Part shown: positions 1-53,629 of the stretch, in pieces | How positions within the stretch are numbered: the stretch's first letter is position 1 | Layout of the letters: every line of letters starts with the position of its first letter | DNA from: Octopus sinensis | Taxonomy: Eukaryota | Reading direction: 5' to 3' | NCBI RefSeq assembly: GCF_006345805.1 | Contig: NW_021833067.1 | Location: forward strand, 20,441-84,440 | Length of the DNA: 64,000 bases | Notes under the pieces: model-generated | Databases searched by the model: none | Told to the model about the DNA's origin: nothing | Seen by the model: only the letters and a program-made list of their open reading frames with translations | Translations under genes and position numbers: made by a program

Positions 1-26
1 ATATAATATACAAAAATTAATCCGGT

Positions 27-57
<31 letters not shown>

Positions 58-332
58 TACATACATACACATAATTAAAGGATAACACCATTAAAATTAA
101 TGAATTTTATCAGTATCCAGCATATAAAAAATAACTTTTTAGGTAAAATTTATATACAGAGGTATATAATTGCATTCTATATAATTACATACCTATATAT
201 ATATATATATCATGTTGTTTACGTTCTGTCACATCCTGTGACCACATATGCATGTATATACATATATATGTAAGTATCTACATATATGCATGTATATATG
301 CATATATATATTATTTATATTATTATTATTAT

Positions 333-384
<52 letters not shown>

Positions 385-621
385 TATATCATCATCACCA
401 TCATTTAATGTCTGTTTTCCATGCTGGCATGGAATGGATAGTTTAAAAGGAGTTGGCAAAGCCAGAGGCCACACTAGATCCCTTGTTTTGGCTTAACTTG
501 GTTTCCACAGCTGGATGCTCTTCCTAATGCCAATCACTTGTTTGTTTCGGTGGTTTAAAAATTCTAATGATGGTGATAATAATAAAAGTCAAGTTCATTT
601 TGTTTTTGTCTGAGAGTTTGA

Positions 622-41058
<40,437 letters not shown>

Positions 41059-42234
41059 GCTTCCTGTCTACAGGTGGATCTTCTTTCCCCGAGTATACAT
41101 ATATATATATATTAGTACAGTAACTGAAATATAAATATGAATATATATATATATATTAGTCACTATACTGGAAGCGATTGCTTTTCAAGGATAATAATAG
41201 AAAAAAATAAAACTGAAAAGAAACGATAGGTTTTTAATCCGGGTCACTCGTCAAGGAGACACTTCGTCGAAAACAATTGTTTTTAAGTTCTCAACTTCCA
41301 CCGTGACAACGATTATAAAAATGTGAGTTGTGGAAGTAGTAGTTTTTAATAATAATAATAATAATTAATTCTTTTTATTGGCCACAAGGGCTGACACTCA
41401 TGATTAGTAAACATAAAGGAACAAAACAGGACGAAAGGTTACAAAGGGTTTTGTCCTTTTTTGAAAAAAAATCGAGTTTAACAACGAAAGATTGTAACAA
41501 TAAAAACTCCAATAATAATAATAATAAATACTAGTTGGTAATAAGTAATGTGGGTCGTTGTGATGTTGTTTAGAGGGTCATTCAGTTGAGATGGCCCAGT
41601 TAGTGAATACCGCCCTGTCGACCTAATGAGTAACAATCATGGTTAATACAAACAGCAACAGAAAATCTACCTACCTGGATGTTAAAACATCTACATGTTT
41701 TTCATTTAAAACTGAACAGTCCGTTAACGCGCACCTGTTCGAATCCCCTGCGGATATATATATAGATATAAGTTTTTACATGAACTGTCCGAATAGGGGT
41801 ATTTGTAAAAGTGGTCCCTGTAAGAGATAAGAAGTCTGTTTCCTCTGTTGTGGTTATTTTTTCTTTAAATCCGGTTGAATCGATGTGAGAAAACTTACCT
41901 GACCTAATTAGCTTTTTTTTTTTCTTTTACCTGTGGACTTAACACAGGTATCATAGGCAAGCATTGGTCATGTGACACGATCAGCCTGACATCTACCTGT
42001 GGGATTGTGAAGCGCTGAACAATAACAAGACAGAGAAAAAAGGAAAACTCACTCACTCTTACCGACTCGACCACGACCACCACCACTGCTTCAAACAATA
42101 ACTTCAACAAAATGTCGAGGAAGGAATTTTTAAGCAGTCACTAGATCTGTTAGAAATAACAGTTAAATTCCCTCAATCACAGGCTGCCGTCATAAAAAAT
42201 AATGGCTGAATACATCCATGTGCGTGTGTGTATA

Positions 42235-42631
42235 TCTTTATATATAAAAGTCAAGTTGTGTGTCTGTCTCCTACGATTTAGATTCCTAACTACTCCCACA
42301 TTTTGCGGTGCAGTTTAACCAAAAGCGGGTATCTTATAGTCGTGATTCATATCGAGCCCTTCTGGGTATTAGCGCGCGTCTACGATGAGTCTACGATTTT
42401 AAAAATAATTTACTATCATTTTTTTCCATTTTAATGCATTTTTTCGCTATTATATAAGGGAAGTAACTCTCTAAAAATGTCTACGATGAGTCAACGAGTT
42501 TTAAAAAATTTACCATCATTTTTTTCCATTTTTAATGCATTTTTTTTGCTATTTTTTGGCTATAACTCCCTAAAAATGCTTATATAGTTATTTCCCTTAC
42601 AAACCCGAGCAACGCCGGGCGATAATGCTAG
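42235..42631 (+). mobile_element. Non-autonomous Helitron-type element, family 1
   Basis: A|TC start, CCCGAGCAACGCCGGG hairpin, CTAG|T end. Confidence 0.85.
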
Positions 42632-42666
42632 TATATATATATATTATATATTATCTATATAGTCTC

Positions 42667-43055
42667 TCTATATATAAAGCTGAAGTTGTCTGTGTGTGGC
42701 AGGTTTGGTAGCCTTCAACTAACACTATCTCCTCCGAGACCCTGCGGCACAAGTTGACCAAAATTGAGAGTATCATAGAAGAAGGCTTGCTCTTCCTTCC
42801 GTAGAAGAAAATATTCAAATTGGACCATGTTAAACACCAAAAATTATTTACATCAAAAAGGTCCTTTTTTACTATGAAAATCCCTATTTTTTACGATATT
42901 TTGACTGCTGTATCGCCATTTTTCGGTGTATTTCAACCAGAAAAATGTTCACTTAAAGAGAATAACAAGCTACATAATGCAAAATTTTTAGTTTTCAAAA
43001 ATACCAATTCTAAAGGGTCGAAACAAACCCGAGCAATGCTGGGCGATACTGCTAG
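42667..43055 (+). mobile_element. Non-autonomous Helitron-type element, family 2
   Basis: TCTATATATAAAGCTGAAG start; same 3' hairpin and CTAG|T, different interior. Confidence 0.85.
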
Positions 43056-43095
43056 TAATCGATAAAATTGAACCAGTCTACAACTTGGAAAGAGT

Positions 43096-43491
43096 TACTC
43101 TTTTACTCTTTTACTTGTTTCAGTCATTTGACTGCGGCCATGCTGGAGCACCGCCTTTAGTCGAGCAACTCGACCCCGGGACTTATTCTTTGTAAGCCCA
43201 GTACTTATTCTATCGGTCTCTTTTGCCGAACCGCTAAGTGACGGGGACGTAAACACACCAGCATCGGTTGTCGAGCAATGCTAGTGGGACAAACACACAC
43301 ACATGCATATATATATATATATACATATATACGACAGGCTTCTTTCAGTTTCCGTCTACCAAATCCACTCACAAGGCATTGGTCGGCCCGAGGCTATAGT
43401 AGAAGACACTTGCCCAAAGTGCCCCGTGGTGGGACTGAACCCGGAACCATGTGGTTGGTAAACAAGCTACTTACCACACAGCCACTCCTGC
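43096..43491 (-). mobile_element. SINE family A
   Basis: Full-length match. Confidence 0.85.
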
Positions 43492-43559
43492 AGTTAGACC
43501 ATAAATTAAGTTTAAGTATTTTCGTTAATGAAGGAATATTCCTATCCAGAATATTTTTG

Positions 43560-44900
43560 CTCAGTATACCGATATCCGATCCATAAAGACAGATAAGACG
43601 GTGAGTAGGGTTATTGAAGAAGTTGGGTTTGTGATCCTTTAAGACAAAATGTGGTTGCTTTGGAGATAAAGGCTCAGTTTTCATTTGTAAATTATATTTT
43701 CCCATTATTTCCTTAACCTCTAGATTGGCCTCTCAGATAGTGTTTTTACTCGTAGTCTTGTATTTCTCTCAGTTCAGGGTCCGGTAACACCACACAACTG
43801 CCGTGGTAGGTCTCGATGCTGTAACATTTTGGGTCTCACAAAAGCCTGTCCCGAGGTCAAATCAATCACAAGGCGACACTTCTGGCCGGCAGTTCTAACC
43901 ATCCACATGTATGCTGTTAATTACAATCCTTTTACATCTCAGGATTGGGATTTCTGTGGAATATTCGGCCGGCAGTTGCCCCTTAACAACCCCGCCCCCT
44001 TCTAGTTTTCCGACTCTTGTCATTCGTTACCTTATTATTATCCTTCTTGCGTGTAGGGCAGTTAAAACATGTCCCACACTCTCTCCTATGAGTGACCTTT
44101 CTGCTACCATCCTGCTTTTGCTCTCTCTTCAGGCAGTAACGATCTTGCATCTTGTGTCCTGGCTTCACACACTGCCAAAATTCATTCCAACCATCTCTTG
44201 GTCATTCTTCTTCAAGCAGGTTTCTCTTTTATGTCCGACCTAATCGCAGCACCAACAACTTTCATTAAATTTTCCTGCTTTACGTACTTGCCCCATCCTT
44301 GCTTTGAATCCGGAACTGTAGTCCACCTGAAATCTTCTTGTGCTAGAACTTACACACAACTCAAATTCCAGAGTTTTAGCCAATGCCTCTTGCATAGTAT
44401 GCGGCTGTGCTTGTTTCACTTGAACTTTGAACTCTGCACTGCCCTGTCCAAAACTTTGATAAACTGCTCTTTCTGAAGGAGAGCAAAAAGTTCCTGAGTA
44501 AGCGGGTGTAGTGATTCTCCTCTAGCCCTTAAGCGGGTCCGAAATCGTACCCTGTACACATCACTCAAAACATAGTGCCATATCTTCTCTCTAACACTTC
44601 AACTAGGGAAGAATAACAGCTTCCGTCCTCCACCGACAACTGGTCCAGGACCTCAAGAGCAGAGCCCTTTAGACTAATAGCAAACGGAACTGCTCTTTGA
44701 CCATCGTCCCATCCATTCTGATCAGCCAAAAGCTCAAACTAGATACGGTAGGCCTCCCATGACACCTTGTCGTCAAATTCTTTTAGCTACTTTTTAATGG
44801 GGATTCTACTGCGGCCTCATACTTTTTCGCACCAATGTTTTGACTTCTTAAAGCTGCACAAAATTTTTTCCTATCTTTTAACGAGATCTTCACCAAAAGA
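43560..44900 (-). pseudogene. Decayed LTR-retrotransposon gag-like remnant
   Basis: WQCVKPGHKMQD resembles a degenerate CX2CX4HX4C knuckle; no intact ORF or LTR seen. Confidence 0.4.
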
Positions 44901-45614
44901 TTCTACTCATCTAGTTCTTTTCAATAGCCATAATTAAAATACGGTTTTTCTGTTAAATAACGAAAAAAATTACACCGCCGGAAGTTGTTGTTGATAAACA
45001 ACGGCAGTAATTTTATTCAACTGAATACACGTCATTGATTGGTTGAAATTACCGAAACACTACAACTTTACCGTGAAATAACTTCCTAAATATAAACTTT
45101 TCTCAAAAACGCTAAGAGTAAAATATGTTTTATATGACACATTCTTCCAGTATCCGAAGTTTGAAAGTGTTTAGTTACAAAGAATTGTTTTTTTAAATCT
45201 GTCGGTCAAAAGGTCAAGATCCAAAACACTTTATGGAAATTGCGAACAAATTGGTTTCAGTGTGGCGATACCATTTCCGAAGGATAGGCCATACTTTTAC
45301 TTCTGACACCAAATGGAATCAACTGAAACCAGAATCGAAAGAATTGAAGCTTTGGTAACATATCAAAGCTGACAGGCTGAAGAACTGTTTGGAATGGCAG
45401 ATAATTATGGAACAACATCGAAAAGGCAAAAAACGATGAATCCTCGTAGAATATCCTGGAAGAAAGCATTGATGGAATCTCAAAGAGGCAACTGACGACA
45501 ATGATTCCATGTTTGGTAGATTAAGAAAAAATCCATTTGAAAGTTAATAATGGAAGAGCAAATATACAAATACATATTTATTAAAGATGGCAGCACTGGA
45601 ATAACGGCTGCAAA

Positions 45615-45900
<286 letters not shown>

Positions 45901-46415
45901 GCAGTCAAACAGACAGACAAGTTCAGTGACGTAATGTGTCCGACAAAACGGTAGAATCTGTCTTTTCTGCAAATGAGAGATGATTTTGAGAATTGTTGGT
46001 GAGAATAAAAATAAAAAAAAGAATTCTACGCTTCGTTTGTGAAATCATTGAAGCGAACAACATTGAAGAATGAGTAAATAATTCGGTAAGAGTCACAGAG
46101 TGAAGAATGGCAGAATGAAAATCGAAGAATTCGGTTTTGAGTAAAAACGGACACTGACGAATTATTTGGATGAATTCGTCACACGGAGTTCGTTAGACTG
46201 CTTTTGTTTTGGAATTACATGGAAGGTCGGACATTAAGCAACGTCACGTGGAAGGAAGGGAAAAAAATACGACGTGAGAAAGGTTGCTAAAGATATGTTT
46301 AGATTTGGATGGAACCGTTTGTAATTCTTAAATTTAGCCATTATTTACTGTTGTTGTTGTTGTTGCTGGTGTTCTTGTTAATGAAGGTTCTTCAGCCACA
46401 AGACAGACACGATCC

Positions 46416-47013
46416 CATTTCTTTATTACCCACAAGGGGCTAAACATAGAAGGGACAAACAAGGACAGACATAGGTATTAAGTCGATTACATCGACCCCA
46501 GTGCGTAACTGGTACTTAATTTATCGACCCCGAAAGGATGAAAGGTAAAATCGACCTCGGCGGAATTTGAACTCAGAACGTAGCGGCAGACGAAATACCT
46601 ATTTCTTTACTACCCACAAGGGGCTAAACATAGAAGGGACAAACAAGGACAGACATAGGTATTAAGTCGATTACATCGACCCCAGTGCGTAACTGGTACT
46701 TAATTTATCGACCCCGAAAGGATGAAAGGTAAAATCGACCTCGGCGGAATTTGAACTCAGAACGTAGCGGCAGACGAAATACCTATTTCTTTACTACCCA
46801 CAAGGGGCTAAACATAGAAGGGACAAACAAGGACAGACATAGGTATTAAGTCGATTACATCGACCCCAGTGCGTAACTGGTACTTTATTCATCGACCCCG
46901 AAAGGATGAAAGGCAAAGTCGACCTCGGCGGAATTTAAACTCACAACGTAACGGCAGACGAAATACCGCTAAGCATTTCACCCGACGTGCTAACGTTTCT
47001 GCCAGCTCGCCGC
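46416..47013 (-). mobile_element. tRNA-derived SINE family B: one head plus three 184-bp bodies, single insertion
   Basis: Units start 46417, 46601, 46785; 17-bp TSD CAAGACAGACACGATCC at 46399-46415 and 47014-47030. Confidence 0.9.
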
Positions 47014-47269
47014 CAAGACAGACACGATCCACTTGACCTCTGACCAAACAGTTTTCCCTGCAGCCGCCTGCAGTGGTAGTATCGTTAAAACGTCGGACAA
47101 AAATATAGCTTTGGTTAAATTCGGTGTTGGATATTTTCACTTTGACCGGCAGATTTAAAAAATAATTTCTTTGTAACTAAACACTTTTAAACTTCGTATA
47201 CTGGTAGAATGTGTTACATAAAACATCTCTTTCTCTTGGCTTTCTTGAGACAATTCTGTAAGTTTGTAA

Positions 47270-48720
47270 ACTCTGACAAACCCGTCTGACAACACATCCG
47301 TGCCTGTAGAGTTTATCCCGAACCGGTAGCACCCCGCGGTAGCACTACTAGACCAAGGACATCTGAAAATTATCAACGATAGTTCCCGATCGGAAAGTGA
47401 TCCGGAACAGACTAGCCAGTTCGTTCTCGTCGGCGCCTAGGGTCTCCCCGAGAACGTCATCGCACCTCCCCGCCACTAATTCTCTATAAATGTCTACAGC
47501 AGAAGAACCACCGATCCCATTGCCCGACTGGTAGAGGCTTGTGAGCGCCTGACGACATCCTAGGTGCCAGGCGCCCAGTCTCGGTCTTTTCTTCACCCAG
47601 GACTGCAGCTCCGTCAAGGAAACGAACTACGGAAAGACAAGCCTTACCGTCCAGAAATCGTTGCCGGTGGCGTAACCTAAGCGCGCGTCTGCGCATTAGG
47701 AGTCACGGCACACCTAATCCACCCCCCTGGGGATGCTGGCAACAGACTGACCGCCTGACCATTGGAGCGCGTCCCTTTCACATGAATTTGAATAGGAGAC
47801 GCTCCAGCCTGGTCAAGCAGTAACTGGGACAAGGCACGACGATCAGGCGATAAATGATAACAGAGGCGGGATCTTTTCTGTTTGAAGGCCAGATTTTCCT
47901 AGTTAACTAAACAATTTGAAACTTCGTATACTGGTAGAATGTGTCAAAAGAAAACATAATTGTAAACCAAAATGAAAACGGAATTGTAATTTCTAAGTTT
48001 AACGTTGTTTAATAATTCGAATTTTAACCAATGATATTCTTTCTTTCGACTTCATATCATTTACTGCTCACAAAATAGCTGTCTACGTCACAGTAACACT
48101 ATGCAGCTAATAATTTCAAATGAAAACAGACAATACGATTGGTTAAAATTCGCAGATTTAAACTACGTTTAAACTTATAAAATACATTTTTGTCAAAAAA
48201 ACTAGTTGAAATTAATGTTTTCTTTTGACACATTCTACCAGTATACGAAGTTTCAAATTATTTAGTTAACTAGAAAATCTGGCCTTCAAACTGAAAAGAT
48301 CCCAGAGGCGATATAAGCATTCGCCACCTCTGCCTGACCTTCAGAGACAGCTTTCTTTCAGCCTATTTCTGGGCAAGACTGGCCACCCTGTTCGCCACGT
48401 CGTCCCAGTTCTTATCAACCTAGAGGTCGGGACCAAACAAGACCCCAAGCACTTTAAATGGTCCGTCGGTACAGCGTCCGACGACACCATATCCGATGGC
48501 ATCGTCCTAACTCTCCAGGAGCCCAGCCGCAAACCAACCGATTTATCGGCGTTGGTTTTAGCCCTTGCAACCGACTCATTTTCCTTTAGGATGGTGCCGA
48601 GACGTCCGACACCATGAGAATTGTAATCGCTGTTGTCTTTATCAATATAATTGGTTTGGAAGAAAATTACGTCAAATCTCTGGTGCACATGGTTTGAGGA
48701 GGGTCAGGAAGTCAGCACAG
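47270..48720 (-). pseudogene. CpG-rich non-LTR retrotransposon remnant split by a MITE
   Basis: VGLRL...HLKCLG resembles RT domain 6-7 (GLxL..KYLG); clade not resolved. Confidence 0.4.
47869..48302. mobile_element. MITE with ~90-bp TIRs and 8-bp TSD (Merlin-like)
   Basis: GGATCTTTTC...GAAAAGATCC termini; CAGAGGCG at 47861-47868 and 48303-48310. Confidence 0.85.
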
Positions 48721-48904
48721 AAAGTAAATGTTTTTAATTAACATAGATCTGTGAGTGTGTGTGTGTGCGTACGCTCGTCTGAAGAATGATTGCTGAAATG
48801 GGTTGTAACACGTAGGATATTGAGTTCAACACTATAAATATAATCAGCCTAAGACATGCATTGAGTTCTTTTTTGAATCGTGGTCCTCTAATCATGGGAT
48901 TAAG

Positions 48905-49045
48905 TATACACACACACACACACATATACATACATGCACACGCATACATACATATATACATACGTACATACATACACACATACATACATACATGCACACA
49001 TACATACACACACATACACACACATATATACATACATGCACACGC

Positions 49046-49076
<31 letters not shown>

Positions 49077-49420
49077 CATACATACATACATACATACATA
49101 CACACATACATAATACACACATACATACATACATACATACATTTAAACACTCATTCATACGTACAAACGTATCTATGCCTTCTTAAACACAGAGGTATGC
49201 ATACATACTCAACTATATATGCATATATATATATGCAGAGAGAGTGTGTGTGTGTGTGAGAGAGAGAGGGGGGATATACACGCACATACATATATACACA
49301 TGTACATACGCACACATATGCACAAGCACGGGCATGCTCTGAAACACACACATACACAGACACTTATACACACATATAATGTGTGTGTGTGTGTGTGTGT
49401 GTGTACACATAGATACATGC
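48905..49420. repeat. (CATA)/(CA) compound microsatellite
   Basis: Direct inspection. Confidence 0.9.
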
Positions 49421-51129
49421 ATACAATCATTAGACAGGAAACATGGAAATTGTCTTTAAATGGCAGGAAAAATTCTGTAAACTTAATTAATTAATGACGT
49501 AATTAGTTAATTACTTCACACACACGCACATTTCTACGCGCGCGAACGCACGCACGCAAACACAGATAACCGCACGCACACACAGATAACCGCACGCACA
49601 CACACACGCACACACATACAGGTAAACACACACACACAGAGGCAAACACACACATACACACACAGTTGTACACAATAAAACAGCTAAAGACACAATTACG
49701 AATCTTCCTGTTCCAAAGTGAAATCTTGTTGCTCTGTCTGTGCGTCGCCCCGCTACCAAATTAAACCACCAATTGACCTGGCCAAAGGTCAAAGTCACGC
49801 CAATATTTTAGTAAAGCAGACACTAATAGACAAGAGAGTTTAATTAATTTAATTACAGTTTTAATGATGAGAAAAACCATTATTTAAATTGCTAATTGTG
49901 ATAAAAAGAAATCGCACACAAGGGCGATAACCCAGAGATTTTAATTAATAAAAAGCTTTCAAATGTAAGTGTACAGGCGCATGCGTGACTGTGCAAAAAG
50001 TTTGCGTCCCAACCGCATGGATCTGGGTTCGTTTCCACAGTATGGCACCTTGGGTGTCTTCTACTATTGTCTTGAGCCAACCAAAGCATTGTGAGAAAAT
50101 TTGGTAGACGGAAACTGAAAGAAGCCCAGATCTTTGTGGTTTTTGTCACTGTCTACAATTTTGTCCGAATTGTGTTCAAATTTAGTGTTTGGATTAAGTT
50201 TTGTATACTACTTATGAAAATATAATTTGTTTTTCCTATAAAGCCATAATTAAAAAGTTATTAGACTTTAAAATTAGCGAAATTTGAGTATTATTGCTAA
50301 TCAGAAGCGAGTATTTTTCACAACACTGTGGCGAAGAAATCTGTTTCTATAGTAACCAAAGCAAGAAGCACCACGTGTTACATAGCTGATTGCGAAGAAC
50401 TCAGATTCCATAGAAATCAAAGATGTTGTGCATGCGCACAAGGAGTGTAACCACCACGTGTTCTATAATTGTTTGTTTTCATAACAGATGGGACTCACAC
50501 TCAACAAACCGAAAGTACCTGGGCATCTTTAAAGGCGTGGAAACAAACGCTGGTGTGGGACACACCGTTCCATGGTTCACTCTTATCTTTGTGAATTTAT
50601 GTGGAGAAGGAAATATGAGAAAGATAATTTATTTTATAAAATCCTAGAGTGTATCGCAAACTTTCGTTCTTGAATTTTTTTAAACTAATAAATGTCTGTT
50701 TTAAGCAATGTTTTGACTGTTATTTCTAGCAACTTCTGTTGGTTTGCTCGTAGCTTTTAAATATATAATTTGCTCGCGAATGATTTAATGTTTTCCACTG
50801 TTAACTTTGCTCGTGTATATTTTAATGTCTTGACCGTTATTTCTAGTAACTCCTGTTGGTTTGTTCGTAGCTTTTAGAAATTTAATTTGCTCGCGAATGT
50901 TTTAATGTTTTTCACTGTTTACTGTAGCTAGTTTAATGTTTTCAAATGCTTGTCCCTCCGCCCACTCCGGTGATAGAAGAGGCAGTTTTCTGATTGGATG
51001 AAAATTCTGAAAATTACCAAATTTTAAACACCTGTAACATTTTTGCAAAACTTTTCTGGAATAAATGAATAACAAATTTGGATTCAGCTTTGATCTTGTG
51101 CTGCAATTAAAAATCCTTCAGTCTCTGCT

Positions 51130-51930
51130 TTGAGTCCTGAGCTTCTCAGCCATTATTGGGATTTTGCTTCGTCTATCTCTTTTCTGTTCAGTTTAACCCA
51201 GAGTTTGCCATGAAGGGGCTTTTCTTGCTATCGTTTTATCATGATCCGTTGCTGTTCCAATTTTAGTTTGGATTTCAGTTGTTTTACAGGTTTTGTTGCT
51301 TCTTCTTTTTCTTCATAATTGTTAGGTAGTATGACTTCTTTTTTGTATTTGTCAGCTTCCTTAAAGACTAAAAACAGTTTTTTGTTTTGTTCGTGTTTTG
51401 TGGTGATTTGTATCGGTTTTCCTTGCTTCTGATGTAGGTATTTTGTAGTTCTATAGTGGTTATTTTGTAATCGTTTTCTAGCTGTATAAGGCCTCTACCA
51501 CCTTCCATACGTTGTATATATAACCTTTCTATTTCAGATTTTGGGTGGTGCATCCTAAATCCTGTCATTATTTTTCTTGTTTTCCTATCTATTTTGATTA
51601 ATTTATTTATTGTCCAGTTAAGAATATTGTTGCTGTAACTTATAACTGGGACGGCTAGAGTGTTGATACCTATTATCTTGTTTTTCACATTGAGCTCTGA
51701 TTCCAGTATTAATCTAATTCCTCTATAGTATTCTTTTTTTCTTATGTTCTCTTTCATTTGTTTGTGTTGTATCGTATCTCGTTCATTGATTCCTAAATAT
51801 CTATGTCTGGCTTTGGTCTAATTCTCTTATTTCATTTGTTTCATCTAGTGAAATGTTGCTACTCTTAACTAGTTTCCCTCTTTTCAAGGTTGCTTTGGCA
51901 CAATTTTTGAAGCCAAATTTCATGTTTATT
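51130..51930 (-). mobile_element. R4/Dong-clade non-LTR fragment (post-RT region)
   Basis: SELNVKNKIIGINTLAVPVISYS, IDRKTRKIM, HPKSEIERLY..GGRGL. Confidence 0.8.
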
Positions 51931-51997
51931 TCTTTGGTAAATCCATGTATTATTATTATTATTGTTGTTGTTATTATTATTATTGTTATTATTATTA

Positions 51998-52208
51998 TTT
52001 TAGATTGGCTCAGTTTCGATTTTATTCCGGGTAGGAGTTTTATGTGGGTAGCAGGTTACTACCTGAGGTATCCACGGGTTTTCAGTAATCTTACAAGTGC
52101 TAAGGACCCTCCTGATAATCTTTGCGGTCCCTAAGAGACAAACTTTCTGCAGCAGTTCTTCCGGGCATTCTATTACAATTTCCTTCAGCCAATATTATTA
52201 TATTATTA

Positions 52209-52254
<46 letters not shown>

Positions 52255-52430
52255 TTAGATTGGCTCAGTTTCGATTTTATTCCGAGCAGGATTTATATGG
52301 GTAGCAGGTTACTATCTGAGGTATCCACGGGTTTTCAGTAATCTTACAAGTGCTAAGGACCCTCCTGATAATCTTTGCTGTCCCTAAGGAGTTTTTCTGG
52401 GCATTCTATTCCAATCTCCTTCGACCAATA
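51998..52430 (-). mobile_element. Two ~190-bp R4/Dong-like 3' ends in (TAA)n tracts (51998-52192, 52253-52430)
   Basis: LQKVCLLGTAKIIRRVL resembles the R4/Dong C-terminus, followed by a short UTR and (TAA)n. Confidence 0.7.
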
Positions 52431-52453
52431 TTATTATTATTATTATTATTATT

Positions 52454-53008
52454 GAGTGAGAGAGCAGTTCATGCCATCAAAGTGACACAGGGGTAAAATA
52501 TACGAAGCCCAATATACCCATCATGACTACCTGTCTGATAAAGGTACACCAGGCACATGCATCACAACCATATGTGCGCGACATGGTGATCTCATATCAA
52601 GATAAACAGCACATGACCTTGCAGGTGGGGCCCAGTTAGAATTTTCTTCAGGTTGAGTAGCCCATCCCGCTCAAACGGTCCCTGAATAAGGGTTGTTTAA
52701 GGATGTTGAAAGAACCACCCATGTTTCCAGAGGTGAACTATTCAAACCCCAAAGAATCCCTCTCAACACATGGCTATGATGCTCCCCCACTACTTCTGCT
52801 CGTGATCAGAGATGCACATATCTTCAGCCACTAAGGGACATGCTCAACTGGTTAAGGTCAAACAACTGACAAGCAAATCTGTGGTATTGAGCAGAATATT
52901 TGCTGTAGCCCATCTTTTATACCAAGACAAAAACAATGTACACGATAACACCTCCAATCAATTAAGATCAGAAGCCATGAGAGCCATGGCCTGGTACTGC
53001 ATCAGGGC

Positions 53009-53012
<4 letters not shown>
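52454..53012 (-). mobile_element. ~560-bp (TAA)n-flanked element
   Basis: Reverse complement of 27041-27600. Confidence 0.8.
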
Positions 53013-53051
<39 letters not shown>

Positions 53052-53067
53052 TTATTATTATTATTAA

Positions 53068-53099
<32 letters not shown>

Positions 53100-53629
53100 T
53101 ATTATTATTAAAAAGAATTAAGTCTTGTAATTAGATCGTTTAATTATCTTTTAATTATCTTAAATTAATTTTACATTTTTCACTTTTTCATTTATTTTAT
53201 TTTTTATTTTTATTTTTCTTAAATATATCTTAATTATTATTTTCATTTTTAAATATTTACTCTTTTAAGGAAAGTAATCTTTTTGAACTAGAATATCTTC
53301 CTTAGTAAGAAATATTCTGGTTATTTTCCTCAACAATTCTGTTTAACTCAACCTGTCTTTTTCAACTCATAGTTTATATTTAGAATTAATTCTGACCAAA
53401 TGACAGTTCCATCGTGACCGAAATAGAAATATCTCTACTGAATAGCTTGATTCTACTTAACTCACCTGTATATTTGAATTGGTTAGAAATAGTTTAAACA
53501 AGGTAAGGATTTTGCCATAAATATTCTTCTAGTTGCGAAGTAGGATTGAAAAAACAAAATAACATATTCCAATTCTCTCATGATCCGTTAAACACAGAAC
53601 CTAAGTCAGTCAGCTAAAACATTTCCCTA

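Noticed and set aside
248-496. Tyr/Ile-, His/Thr- and Cys/Val-rich ORFs here and at 48734-49798, 56119-57434, 61910-62849
   Set aside because: Translations of (TA)n, (CA)n and (TATG)n microsatellites.
46585-46605. GACGAAA at the SINE-B junction as a hammerhead half (retrozyme idea)
   Set aside because: No CUGANGA core on either strand at a usable distance.
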